A stretch of DNA of 60,000 nucleotides from Malacoraja senta (taxonomy: Eukaryota): contig CM075992.1 in the NCBI GenBank assembly GCA_038087875.1, positions 6,574,001 through 6,634,000 on the forward strand. The letters are read 5' to 3'. The first letter of the stretch is position 1. Each line of letters starts with the position of its first letter. Of the stretch, positions 12,546 to 23,760 are shown piece after piece. The translations under genes were made by a program, and so were the position numbers. Under the pieces are notes generated by a model. The model searched no databases, had not been told where the DNA came from, and saw only the letters and a list, made by a program, of their open reading frames with translations.

Positions 12546-13504
12546 TGACCATACACTGGTGTTGATACAACTATCTGGCAAACAAAGCCAGAGACACTTT
12601 GAAGATAGACACAAAATGCTGGAGTAACTCAGCAGGACAGACACCATTCCTGGAGAGAAGGAATGGGTGACATTTCGGGTCGAGACCCTATTTCAGAGAT
12701 ACTTCTCTGAGTCTTCAACAACCGTCTTCTTGTACCCCCACCCATCCTCCGATGTTCTCAGTCTAACCCCAAGGCAATAATAAATGCAATGTGTGCTGTG
12801 AACTAAAGCACAGTTCACAGCACACAATTCACAAGACCTTAAGGAAGTCTCTGACCTACCAATCCAGTTACTGACATTTAAAACAAATCATCTTTTCAAG
12901 ATGCTGTAGGCAATGAAGCCAAGTTCCCTTCTCTTCAACATGAATCAGTTTAAATGTGTCTGAGTCAAACAGCATGGAAACAGGCCCTTCGGCCCAATTC
13001 AACGATCGAATGGCAGAGCATACTCAATGGGCCGAAATCTGCTTCTTGGTATTATGGTCAACCAAGCTGCCCATCCATGCTAGTCCCATTTGCCTGTCTG
13101 AACTACTGCTGGCAGCACTTTCCACACACCCACAACCCTGTGTGTGTTTTTCTTTGGGAACCCGAGGGTCAACTTTTGCACAGTTTCAGATTATATTTAT
13201 TTCTATTCTCTGTACTTAAACAATTTACATGGCTGTTGGATATGGCTGTGGCCAAAATCAATGAGCGATCTTTTGTACAAGGGCTTATGTATCAGACTTT
13301 CCAGGATATCATTTCAGCTTCACTTATGACTCATTGCAGCCCTTTTTCAGCTACTGTTATGAAGAGTATTCTTAACTTGGCAATGATTTCGAATTGCACA
13401 ACAAATGGCCCAAAACTGTTCTGCCTTTCTGATCACTTAACAATTGTAATTGAACATGGGAACAGCTTATTCTCTGGCAAAGATGATGTGGAGAAACAAT
13501 TATA

Positions 13505-13810
13505 GATTTGGTTTAGCTTAGAGACACAGCGCAGAAACAGGCCCTTCACCCCACTGAGGCAGTGCCAACCAGTGATCCCCATGCACTAGCACCATCACTA
13601 CATACTAGGGACAATTTACAATTCTTACCGAAGCCAATTTACCAACAAACCTGCATGTCTTTGGAATGTGAGGAAACTGGAGCACCCGTAGAAAACCCAC
13701 ACGGTCACAGGGAGAACGTACAAATTCCGTACAGACAGCACTCATAGTCAGGATCAAACCCAGGTCTCTGGCACTATCAGGCAGCAACTCTACCAATTCG
13801 CCGTCGTGTT
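13505..13810 (-). mobile_element. tRNA-derived SINE (HE1/V-SINE-like)
   Basis: Reverse complement of the SINE family at 11609-11896. Confidence 0.85.
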
Positions 13811-14331
13811 GACAACCTTTTTTTTTTAATTGTTGCGTGTGTTTTAAAGATGGTTAACTGGTCCACTGTTCAAATCCCTGCAATGCCTTTGTTAAATTTT
13901 AATAGACAGAATATTGGTCTGAAGAATGGCCCCGACTTGAAACATAAACTAATCTTGTTCTCCAGAGATGCTGTCTGACCCGCTGAGTTACTCCAGCTCT
14001 TTGTGTTTACCGGTTCAGTGCATGGAACGGTCAGATTCCATCTCAAGTGACCATATCAGCCGAAAGGAAATGATTCTGACTTTTCAATATTCTCTGCAGC
14101 AGGTCACATCAGGAAGTTTTACTGTTAGATCGGAGTTTTGATCATTATTTAATTTTGTGGTTTTATTCCACATTTTCTTCAAGTTGCTGCTCTGCCTTCC
14201 CCTCCAAGGTTTCAGGCAGTTCCAAGCATGTGTGAGAGGCTGTTCGGCCATGTCCATGTCCTGGCACAAAGGAACTTCTCCTCAATGAGGATTTACCAGT
14301 TAGCTTAACCTCCCTCCACATCAAACCCTTA

Positions 14332-14576
14332 AGGGCCTGTCCCACTTGGCGATTTTTTCGGCGTCATATCAGGGTCGCCAAAAGATTTTGAACATTTCAA
14401 AACCCAGCGGCGACAAAAAAAATGTTGGGACACTTGAAAAAACACCGCGCGTCATACGTCATCACGCCGCGTCATGCCCCGTCATACGTCATCACGCCGC
14501 GAATTTTTCGGTGACCTGATACGTCAGTCAATGATGCCGGCAGTCGCCGAAAAAATCGCCAAGTGGGACAGGCCCT
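14332..14576. mobile_element. MITE with AGGGCCTGTCCCACTT termini (PIF/Harbinger- or Kolobok-like)
   Basis: Long TIR agggcctgtcccacttggcgattttttcggcg / cgccgaaaaaatcgccaagtgggacaggccct; TTA on both sides (14329-31, 14577-79). Confidence 0.88.
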
Positions 14577-15072
14577 TTATTGGTTTAGTTATAGAGACAT
14601 ATACAGAACAGAAACAGGCACTGCAGCCAGACCTGTCCATCCCATCCAACATGCCCCATCCATGCTAATCCCACCTGGCTGCATTTAGCCCAGTTCCCTC
14701 TAAACCCTTCCTATCCATGTACCTGCCCAATTTTTAGACACATGGAAGTGCAAGGAATAGAGGGATATGGATCATGTGCAGGCAGATGAGGTCAGTTTAA
14801 CTGATCAGTTTATTCAGCACAGACATTGTGGGCCGAAGGTCATGTTCCGGCTGGGGAAAACATCAAGGTCAAGTGGGGAAAACAGTTGAAAACTGAGGAA
14901 TTTGGATTGTAAATTGGTAAATTAGGCAATTTATCAGTCAATATAAGCAAGACTGCTCTTAGGGAGCGGCAGTGAGGGAAGTGCCCTGTGAGAAAAGTGT
15001 GAGTCTTTGGCTCGAGAGTCTTCAGCAAGGAGGCTACGCAAAACACTGCAGAGGGAGAGACGAAAGAAGGAG

Positions 15073-15974
15073 ATGTCAGGCAAGCTGATTCAGTGTGATG
15101 CTTGCAGTATGTGGGAGGTCAAGGACACTGCTGGTGCCTCTGGCTGCTACAAATGTGACAAGTGCATCCAGGTACAGCTCCTGAAGGACCGTGTTGGGGA
15201 ACTGGAGAAGCAAGTGGATGACCTCAGGTTTGTCTGAGAAACGAAGTCGTTCCTCGACAAGTCCTACAGTAATATTATTACCCCTAAGGTACTGGAAGAG
15301 AGAAGGTGGGAGACAGTGAGAAAGGGAGGGAAGCATGGAATGCAAACGTCCCCGGGTGTTGTACCTCTTGTGAACAGATTCACCCACTTAGAAGCTGTCG
15401 GGACAGAAGACGTTTTAACACTGAGCGGCAGACTGGCTTGCGATGCGAATAGGGCTGTTGAGCCAAAACCAAAAAGGCCAAAGTCAGGCAACGCCATTGT
15501 AGTGGGAGACTCCATTCTGAGACGTACGGACAGGGGTTTCTGCAGCAACAGACGGGATTCGAGAATGGTGTGCTGCCTTCCTGGTGCCAGGATCCAGGAT
15601 GTCACGGACAGTGCAGAAAATCCTCAAGGGCGAAGGTGAACAGCTGGAAGTGGTAGTGCATGTCGGCACAAACGATGTCGGAAAGAAGGGGATGAATATT
15701 CTGCAGCGTGACTTAAAAGCAGGACCTCCAGGGTTGTTATCTCCGGTTTGCTTCCAGTTCCTCGTGCTGGCGAGAGCAGGAACAGGGAGATATGGGACCT
15801 GAATGTGTGGCTGAGGAACTGGTGCATGGGGCAGGGATTTAGATTCTTAGATCACTGGGATCTGTTTTAGAGTAAAAGGGAACTGTACAAAAGGGACGGA
15901 TTGCATCTTAACAGGTGGGGGACCAGCATTCTGGCAGGCAGGTTTGCCACTGCTACACGGGTGGTTTTAAACTG
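15073..15974 (+). pseudogene. CR1 ORF1 (zinc finger/leucine zipper plus SGNH esterase), disrupted
   Basis: MSGKLIQCDAC..CDKC..LKDRVGELEKQVDDL; VGDSI, PGARI, HVGTND, DGLHL motifs; stop at 15235-37 and a frameshift near 15610. Confidence 0.88.
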
Positions 15975-16070
15975 AATAAGGGGGGTGGGGTGTCGAATGG
16001 GATAGTTGAGGCTGGAGTTAAAGGGAAAGGGTTTCTTAAATGTGTGAGGGTAGAGACAGAGGGGTGTAAA

Positions 16071-19016
16071 ATGAGGGTAGAAGCAATAGGTAGCAAGGTG
16101 AAAAGTAAAAGTGGCAGGCAGACAAATCCAGGGCAAAAATCAAAAAGGGCCACTTTTCAACATAATTGTATAAGGGGTAAGAGTGTTGTAAAAACAAGCC
16201 TGAAGGCTTTGTGTCTCAATGCAAGGAGCATTTGTAATAAGGTGGATGAGTTGAATGTGCTGATAGCTATTAATGACTATGATATAGTTGGGATCACGGA
16301 GACATGGCTCCAGGGTAACCAAGGCTGGGAGCTGAACATCCAGGGATATTCAATATTCAGGAGGGATAGACAGAAAGGGAAAGGAGGTGGGGTAGCGTTG
16401 CTGGTTAGAGAGCAGATAAACGCAATAGAAAGGAAGGACATTAGCTTGGAGGATGTGGAATCGATATGGGTAGAGCTGCGAAACACTAAGGGGCAGAAAA
16501 CGCTAGTGGGAGTTGTGTACAGGCCACCTAACAGTAGTAGTGGAGTTGGGGATGGCATCAAACAGGAAATTAGAAATGCGTGCAACAAAGGTAAAACAGT
16601 TATAATGGGTGACTTCAATCTACATATAGATTGGGTGAATCAAATTGGCAAGGGTGCTGAGGAAGAGGATTTCTTGGAATGTATGCGGGATAGTTTTCTA
16701 AACCAACATGTAGAGGAACCAACGAGAGAGCAGGCTATTCTAGATTGGGTATTGAGTAATGAGGAAGGGTTAGTTAGCAGTCTTGTTGTGCGTGGCCCCT
16801 TGGGCAAGAGTGACCATAATATGGTTGAGTTCTTCATTAGGATGGAGAGTGACATTGTTAATTCAGAAACAAGGGTCCTGAACTTAAAGAAAGGTAACTT
16901 TGAGGGTATGAGAAGTGAATTGGCCAAGATAGACTGGCAATTGATTCTTAATGGGTTGACGGTAGATATGCAATGGAAGGCATTTAAAGACTGCATGGAT
17001 GAACTACAACAATTGTTCATCCCAGTTTGGCAAAAAAATAAATCAGGGAAGGTAGTGCATCCGTGGATAACAAGGGAAATCAGGGATAGTATCAAAACAA
17101 AAGATGAAGTGTACAAATTAGCCAGAAAAAGCAGCCTACCAGAGGACTGGGAGAAATTCAGAGTCAAGCAGAGGAGGACAAAGGGCTTAATTAGGAAATG
17201 GAAAATAGATTATGAAAGAAAACTGGCAGGGAACATAAAAACTGACTGCAAAAGCTTTTATAGATATGTGAAGAGAAAAAGATTCGTTTAAACAAATGTA
17301 GGTCCCTTGCAGTCAGAAACAGGTGAATTGATCATGGGGAACAAGGACATGGCAGACCAATTGAATAACTACTTTGGTTCTGTCTTCACTAAGGAAGACA
17401 TAAATAATCTGCCGGAAATAGCAGGGGACCGGGGGTCAAATGAGATGGAGGAACTGAGTGAAATCTAGGTTAGCCGGGAAGTGGTGTTAGGTAAATTGAA
17501 TGGATTAAAGGCCGATAAATCCCCAGGGCCAGATAGGCTGCATCCCAGAGTACTTAAGGAAGTAGCCCCAGAAATAGTGGATGCATTAGTGATAATTTTT
17601 CAAAACTCTTTAGATTCTGGAGTAGTTCCTGAGGATTGGAGGGTAGCTAATGTAACCCCACTTTTGAAAAAGGGAGGGAGAGAGAAAATGGGGAATTGCA
17701 GACCAGTTAGTCTAACGTCGGTAGTGGGAAAACTGCTAGAATCAGTTATTAAAGATGGGATTGCAGCACATTTGGAAAGTGGTGAAATCATTGGACAAAG
17801 TCAGCATGGATTTATGAAAGGTAAATCATGTCTGACGAATCTTATAGAATTTTTCGAGGATGTAACTAGTAGAGTGGATAAGGGAGAACCATTGGATGTG
17901 TTATATCTGGACTTTCAGAAGGCTTTCGACAAGGTCCCTCATAAGAGATTAGTATCCAAACTTAAAGCACACGGTATTGGGGGTTCAGTATTGATGTGGA
18001 TAGAGAACTGGCTGGCAGACAGGAAGCAAAGAGTAGGAGTAAACGGGTCCTTTTCACAATGGCAGGCAGTGACTAGTGGGGTACCGCAAGGCTCAGTGCT
18101 GGGACACCAGCTATTTACGATATATATTAATGATTTGGACGAGGGAATTGAATGCAACATCTCCAAGTTTGCGGATGACACGAAGCTGGGGGGCAGTGTT
18201 AGCTGTGAGGAGGATGCTCGGAGGCTGCAAGGTGACTTGGATAGGCTGGGTGAGTGGGCAAATGCATGGCAGATGCAGTTTAATGTGGATAAATGTGAGG
18301 TTATCCACTTTGGTGGCAAAAACAGGAAAGTAGACTATTATCTGAATGGTGGCCGATTAGGAAAAGGGGAGATGCAACGAGACCTGGGTGTCATGGTACA
18401 CCAGTCATTAAAAGTAGGCATGCAGGTGCAGCAGACAGTGAAGAAGGCGAATGGTATGTTAGCATTCATAGCAAAAGGATTTGAGTATAGGAGCAGGGAG
18501 GTTCTACTGCAGTTGTACAGGGTCTTGGTGAGACCACACCTGGAGTATTGCGTACAGTTTTGGTCTCCTAATCTGAGGAAAGACATTCTTGCCATAGAGG
18601 GAGTACAGAGAAGGTTCACCAGACTGATTCCTGGGATGTCAGGACTTTCATATGAAGAAAGACTGGATAGACTCGGTTTGTACTCGCTAGAATTTAGAAG
18701 ATTGAGGGGGGATCTTATCGAAACCTACAAAATTCTTAAGGGGTTGGACAGGCTAGATGCAGGAAGATTGTTCCCGATGTTGGGGAAGTCCAGAACAAGG
18801 GTTCACAGTTTAAGGATAAGGGGGAAATCTTTTAGGACCGAGATGAGGAAAACATTTTTCACACAGAGAGTGGTGAATCTCTGGAATTCTCTGCCACAGA
18901 AGGTAGTTGAGGCCAGTTCATTGGCTATATTTAAGAGGGAGTTAGATGTGGCCCTTGTGGCTAAAGGGATCAGGGGGTATGGAGAGAAAGCAGGTACAGG
19001 ATACCGAGTTGGATGA
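16071..19016 (+). pseudogene. CR1 ORF2 (APE endonuclease plus reverse transcriptase) with two in-frame stops
   Basis: NARS, ITETW, MGDFN, SDH (APE); KSPGPD, LDFQKAFD, GVPQGSVLG, FADD (RT); stops at 17289-91 and ~17466. Confidence 0.95.
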
Positions 19017-19231
19017 TCAGCCATGATCATATCGAATGGCGGTGCAGGCTCAAAGGGCCGAATGGCCTACTCCTGCACCTATTTTCTATGTTTCCTGTGC
19101 TGAACTGTTTTATGTTCTATTTGGCACAATTGACTCTTTAAAATCTTCATAGACTGTTCAAAAGTAATTTTAGAATAAAAGAAACATTAAATAGTTATGG
19201 CAGAGATAGCAGCCATTCAATCCATTGAACA

Positions 19232-19528
19232 GGGTGGCATAGTGGCATAGCAGTAGAGCTGCTGCTGTATAGTGCCAGAGACCTGGGTTTGTTCCTGACT
19301 ACAGGTGCGGCCTGTACGTTCTCCCTGTGACTGCGTGGGTTTGCTCCAGGTCCTCCGGTATTGTCCCACACTCCAAAGATGTACAGGTTTGTAGATTAAT
19401 TGGCTTCAGTAAAATTGTACATTTTCCCTAGTCTGTAGGATAGTGCTAAGTGTACGAGGTGATCGCTGGTCGGCGCAAACTCTGTGGGCCAATGTGCTTG
19501 TTTCTGTGATGTATCTCTGAAGTCTAAA
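19232..19528 (+). mobile_element. tRNA-derived SINE (HE1/V-SINE-like)
   Basis: Same family as 11609-11896. Confidence 0.8.
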
Positions 19529-20414
19529 TCCATGTCATCTTGTAGTAAAGCCATCCTGTCAATCTCAACACTTCTTCTGTCTCCATTTAAATTTGTTAAC
19601 CAGTCTTATCTTTGCCCATAAATATTTTCTAAATGATAGAATTATGGTCACTGATCTCAAAATGCTCCCCACCGACACTTAACTTTATGCAAAGTAACAC
19701 TTCACTTTGTCGTCTTCTGGTGGGATGATGACGACAAGGTAGGGACAGATATGCTGGAAGAATTTAGCTAAGTTTGAAGATTGCATTTGAAGATTGCATT
19801 TTCATGTATTCATGTTCATAAGTTCTAGGAGCAAAATTAGGACATTCAGCACATCAAGTCTACTCCGCCATTCAATCCATTCAAATTCATGGTTGATTTA
19901 TCTTTCCCTCTCAGCCCCATTCATCTGCAGTCTCCCCATATCCTCTGACACCCGTACTAAGCAAACTAATTTTCAATCTGTTGATATGGCAGCCTTCAAT
20001 AACGTGTAAAACCCCAACTGAAGAATACAATAAAAATTAGCATGTGCGGGAAAATATTCTAAAAATGTGTTCCTTCTTTCTGACCATCAGAGACATATTC
20101 AGAAGTGAACATGTGTATGTGTATATGACAGTGCATCATCAGCTGCTTTAAAGGTGCCGGTTCTGAGAACATTGACACCATCCATGAGTATCCAGTTTGC
20201 AGTATCGAACCCATCACAATAAGGCACTGTTCATCTCTAGAAGTTAAGTGCCATGCAGAGAATTTACTTTTTTTTTTTTTTTTGCTCAAGCCTTAATCCA
20301 ATGGATAAAGAAGTCATTAACTATAGTCCACCCTTCTATCACCACCACTTCCTCTGTAAAATACATGCGTACTGACTTGTAGTACCGGTGAAGTAGGTTT
20401 CATTTTCATCTGTG

Positions 20415-20728
20415 CAGTACAGTGGTGCAGCCGTTAGTGCTGCTGCCTCGCAGCGCCATAGACCCAGGTTTGATCCTGACCTTGGGTGCTGTACGGAGAT
20501 TGTACATTCTCCCTGTAACCACGTGGTTTTTGCAGGTTCTCTGGGTTTCCTCCCACACCCCAATGACGTGCGGGTATTTAGGTTATTTGGCCTCTGTAAA
20601 TTGTCTTGACTGTATAGGGAGTGGATGAGAAAGCGGAATAACATGGAACAAGCGTGAACGGGTGATTGATGGTTGACATGGACTCAGTGGGCTGAAGGGC
20701 CTGTTTTCACACTGTCTCTCTAACCTAA
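20415..20728 (+). mobile_element. tRNA-derived SINE (HE1/V-SINE-like)
   Basis: Same family as 11609-11896; ggtttgatcc B-box-like motif. Confidence 0.8.
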
Positions 20729-22589
20729 TGAACCCACCGTTCCATCACCACCACTTCATAAAATACATGAACATTGATGTAGGACAGATGAAGGTTTCAA
20801 TGCTTAAGGGACATAGCAGTGAATGGTGCATTAGGTGGTGTAAATATTTATAGCCAAAGAGAGCATTACCAAGGTTAAAGTACAAATACTGGAAATTTGC
20901 AACGACACTAAAAAAGTGGAAGCAGATGTTAGAATTGAATAAAACATAAGTGAGCAAAGGATGGATCCTCTGAAATCCCTTTCACTGCTCTCTTTCCCGA
21001 TGGAAGAGAGTCTTCAAGAAATCCAGTGGGAATTCAGAGGGAATTTATTGATGCAAAGAGCAGTAGGAATGTGGAACTTGCTGCCACATAACAGGAAGTG
21101 GTTGAAGTGAATTGTACAGACGCATTTAATGAGGAACTGCTCTGAAGCTGAGGGAGATGATTGGGTTAACATATGAGGAGTGTTTGACGGCACTGGGCCT
21201 GTCCTCACTGGAGTTTAGAAGGATGAGGGGAGGATCTCATTGAAACTTACTGAATAATGAAAGGCCTGGATAGAGTGGACGTGGAGAGAATGTTTCCACT
21301 GGTGGGAGAGTCTAGGACCAGAGGGCACAGCCTCAAAATACACAGATGTACTTTTAGAATCGAGATGAGGAGGAATTTCTTTAGCCAGAGTGTGGTGAAT
21401 CTGTGGATTTTCAAAGCAGTGATAGGTTTGTGATTAGCATCAATTCAAAGCAACAGGAGAAAAATATAGTGATGCTTGTGCTGGCTGCTATCATGGCCAC
21501 TAATTAATTGTTTAGCTGAAGAGCCCAATGAATGGAAATGTGGTTGCTAAGGTAACATTTATTTCAAGCTAATGCCCTATTGTGTGCAAATGGGCACTTT
21601 AAATTCGCAGTGTTCATTTTAGTCCGTATAAAGAAGTTTGCTTCAGAAATCAAGGAGATGAGATTTTATCAACAAGATTATCAGGAGGAAATCAGCAGGC
21701 CAGCTAGCATCTGTGGAGGAAGTGGACGGACAACATTTTGGGCAGGACTCTTCTCCAGAATGATGGATATTGTTTTGGGTTGGGACCCCAACTGATTGGT
21801 CTGATCCAGATGTCACCTGATCCAATGAGTTCCTTCAACACTTTGTGTTTTGCAATAGGTTTTTCAGCAGGGTTCTCATTAAAGGAGTCATATGAGATAG
21901 CCCATGAGTTAGTTTCTCTCACCATAGGCTAATATGGGCAAATCACACAGAAAATAGTGGAAATACTCAACAGGTCAGGTGACAACTTCTCCTGGTCTGA
22001 AAGAAAGTGTTAACGTTTCTCATGGAAGTCCTATCAGCAAATCTCTTTTTCTCTCTGAACAGATGATGCTGACTTGTTAAGTATATTCAGCATTTTTGAT
22101 TTTATCATTTGATTTCCAACATACATGTTGTTTCGTTTTGGGACTATCAACTACAAACTGACTTGATTGCACTAGGGACATGGCTTTATTTTTTTTCACA
22201 CAATATTTGCTTTTATTGAACATTTTATGTTTGTTTATTATATTATCTATTGAACACTGTGCATACAAACCTGGTGAGCTGCTGCAAGTATTGTTCCGTT
22301 CCGGTACATATGACAATAGGAGATTCTTGACTCTGTGTAGGAGCTGCAGATGCTGGTTTACACTGAAGGCAAATCTATCTTGTCTATGTGCAGGAAGGAA
22401 CTGCAGATGCTGGTTTACACCAAAGATAGACACAAAAAGCTGGAGTAACTCAGCGGGTCGGGCAGCATCTCTGGCGAGCAGGAATGGGTGATGTTTTGGG
22501 TCGAGACCCCTCTTCAGACAGAGTCAGAGGAGAAGGAAACTTGCCTCTTATCTTGGGTTCCGTATCTCTGCCCATGGCTGACTACATCT

Positions 22590-22860
22590 CCCAGAGTGCC
22601 TCGCGGACACCCCACGTGTGCGCATGCTCGGTTGCTGCATTGCGCGTCCCCGCGACCGTCATATCCGCGCGGAAGAGACCTACGTAGAGCTCGGCCAATC
22701 GAGGGCCGTGGAAAGGGGCGGGCACAGGTGAGTGATGGGCAACGCGCCAATGGCTGCAGGGGAGAGGGAAGACGCCTCTGTCGGGAAGGAGCCAGTCAGG
22801 GCGGTGGCGGTGGGCGGGATTTCCGGTATGGCGTTGCCGGGGTTGATTCCGGAGGCTAGC
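22590..22860 (+). promoter_or_regulatory. RFX1: CpG-island promoter, probably of RFX1
   Basis: Non-repetitive CpG-rich sequence with CCAAT boxes (22695, 22747), GC boxes (22715-22, 22811-19) and ETS-like TTCCGG motifs; nearest CpG island upstream of the RFX1 coding exon. Confidence 0.7.
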
Positions 22861-22943
22861 AACTGTTGCCTTGAGGACGAGCGCCATAGCCACCGTAGTC
22901 CTGGCGACTGTTACCCCGTCAAACAACAACTTACGCCACAAAG
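22830..22943 (+). other. RFX1: Probable non-coding first exon of RFX1 (start approximate)
   Basis: Downstream of the promoter motifs, ends at AAAG|GTGATT donor where GC content drops; exon 33759 begins with an acceptor and so needs an upstream exon. Confidence 0.55.
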
Positions 22944-23339
22944 GTGATTCTTTTTTTTCTCTCTTCTCTGCTCATCGAAAAACTTCGTATGATAAACAGA
23001 AACACTTTTTCCTGACAGGATATTATAAAATATGAACCAAAATTCTCAATCAAAGAGATTAAAAAGATAAAATAATTTTAATATGACGATGCCAAAAAGA
23101 TTTTTCAGGCACAAAATGGCGGTTGTTAGTCCAAAGATCACTCTAACTATTCATTTGCGGGGGGAAAGCTAATATTTATTCTCTGTTTTAATAGTTATAA
23201 AGTAAATTGAACTTTTTATAACAATTTTGATAATTTTGGTGGTGATTGATTGTTGTTAGCAATCCGGCCTTGCCAGAAACAATTTCAGATGAACATGTTG
23301 GAATGACTAGAATGTTTTAAGTTAGAGATGGTGATTTGG

Positions 23340-23760
23340 TGCGGGTTGAAATGTTTGCTGAGGCGCGGGTGCTGCTGGTGGTGGTGGAGGAGGGGAGGGG
23401 AAGGGAAGGGGGCTGCTGCCGTTTGGCGGCTCCGTGCAGCGGGCGACAGCGGAGGGGAGGGAGGCGAGGTCCGCGTCTCGCAGCAGCGCGGACTAACCGG
23501 ATGGGGAGGGAGAAGGAGGAAGGGAGGGGGGGAGGGGTCATCCACTCTAACTGACGGGGACCTCCGCCAATGGCGACGCGGCCTGCCATATACGGTGCGC
23601 CGGAACCGACCAATGGGCGTGAGGGAGGGGCGGGTTTAGAAGGTCTGCGCGGGAACCTGGCCGGTGGTTGTTGCACGAGACCGGCCTTCAAATGTCGTGA
23701 CGTCATCCAACCTACGTCACTGTCATGACGTCGTCGGGGCTGATGCCAGGCTTTGGGGAT
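23340..23760. promoter_or_regulatory. Second CpG island with CCAAT, GC-box, CArG-like, ETS and CRE motifs
   Basis: CCATATACGG 23586-95, CCGGAA 23600-05, TGACGTCA 23698-705, TACGTCA 23713-19, TGACGTCG 23726-33; G-tract-rich 23385-23540. Confidence 0.65.

Larger units (their letters stand above)
14940..19095 (+). mobile_element. Near full-length CR1 LINE
   Basis: 5' UTR, ORF1 (Cys motif, coiled coil, SGNH esterase), ORF2 (APE + RT), 3' UTR ending in tttctatg. Confidence 0.95.

Noticed and set aside
12954..13505. 183-aa ORF on + strand
   Set aside because: Begins in a SINE/CR1 tail fragment, no recognisable domain or splice structure
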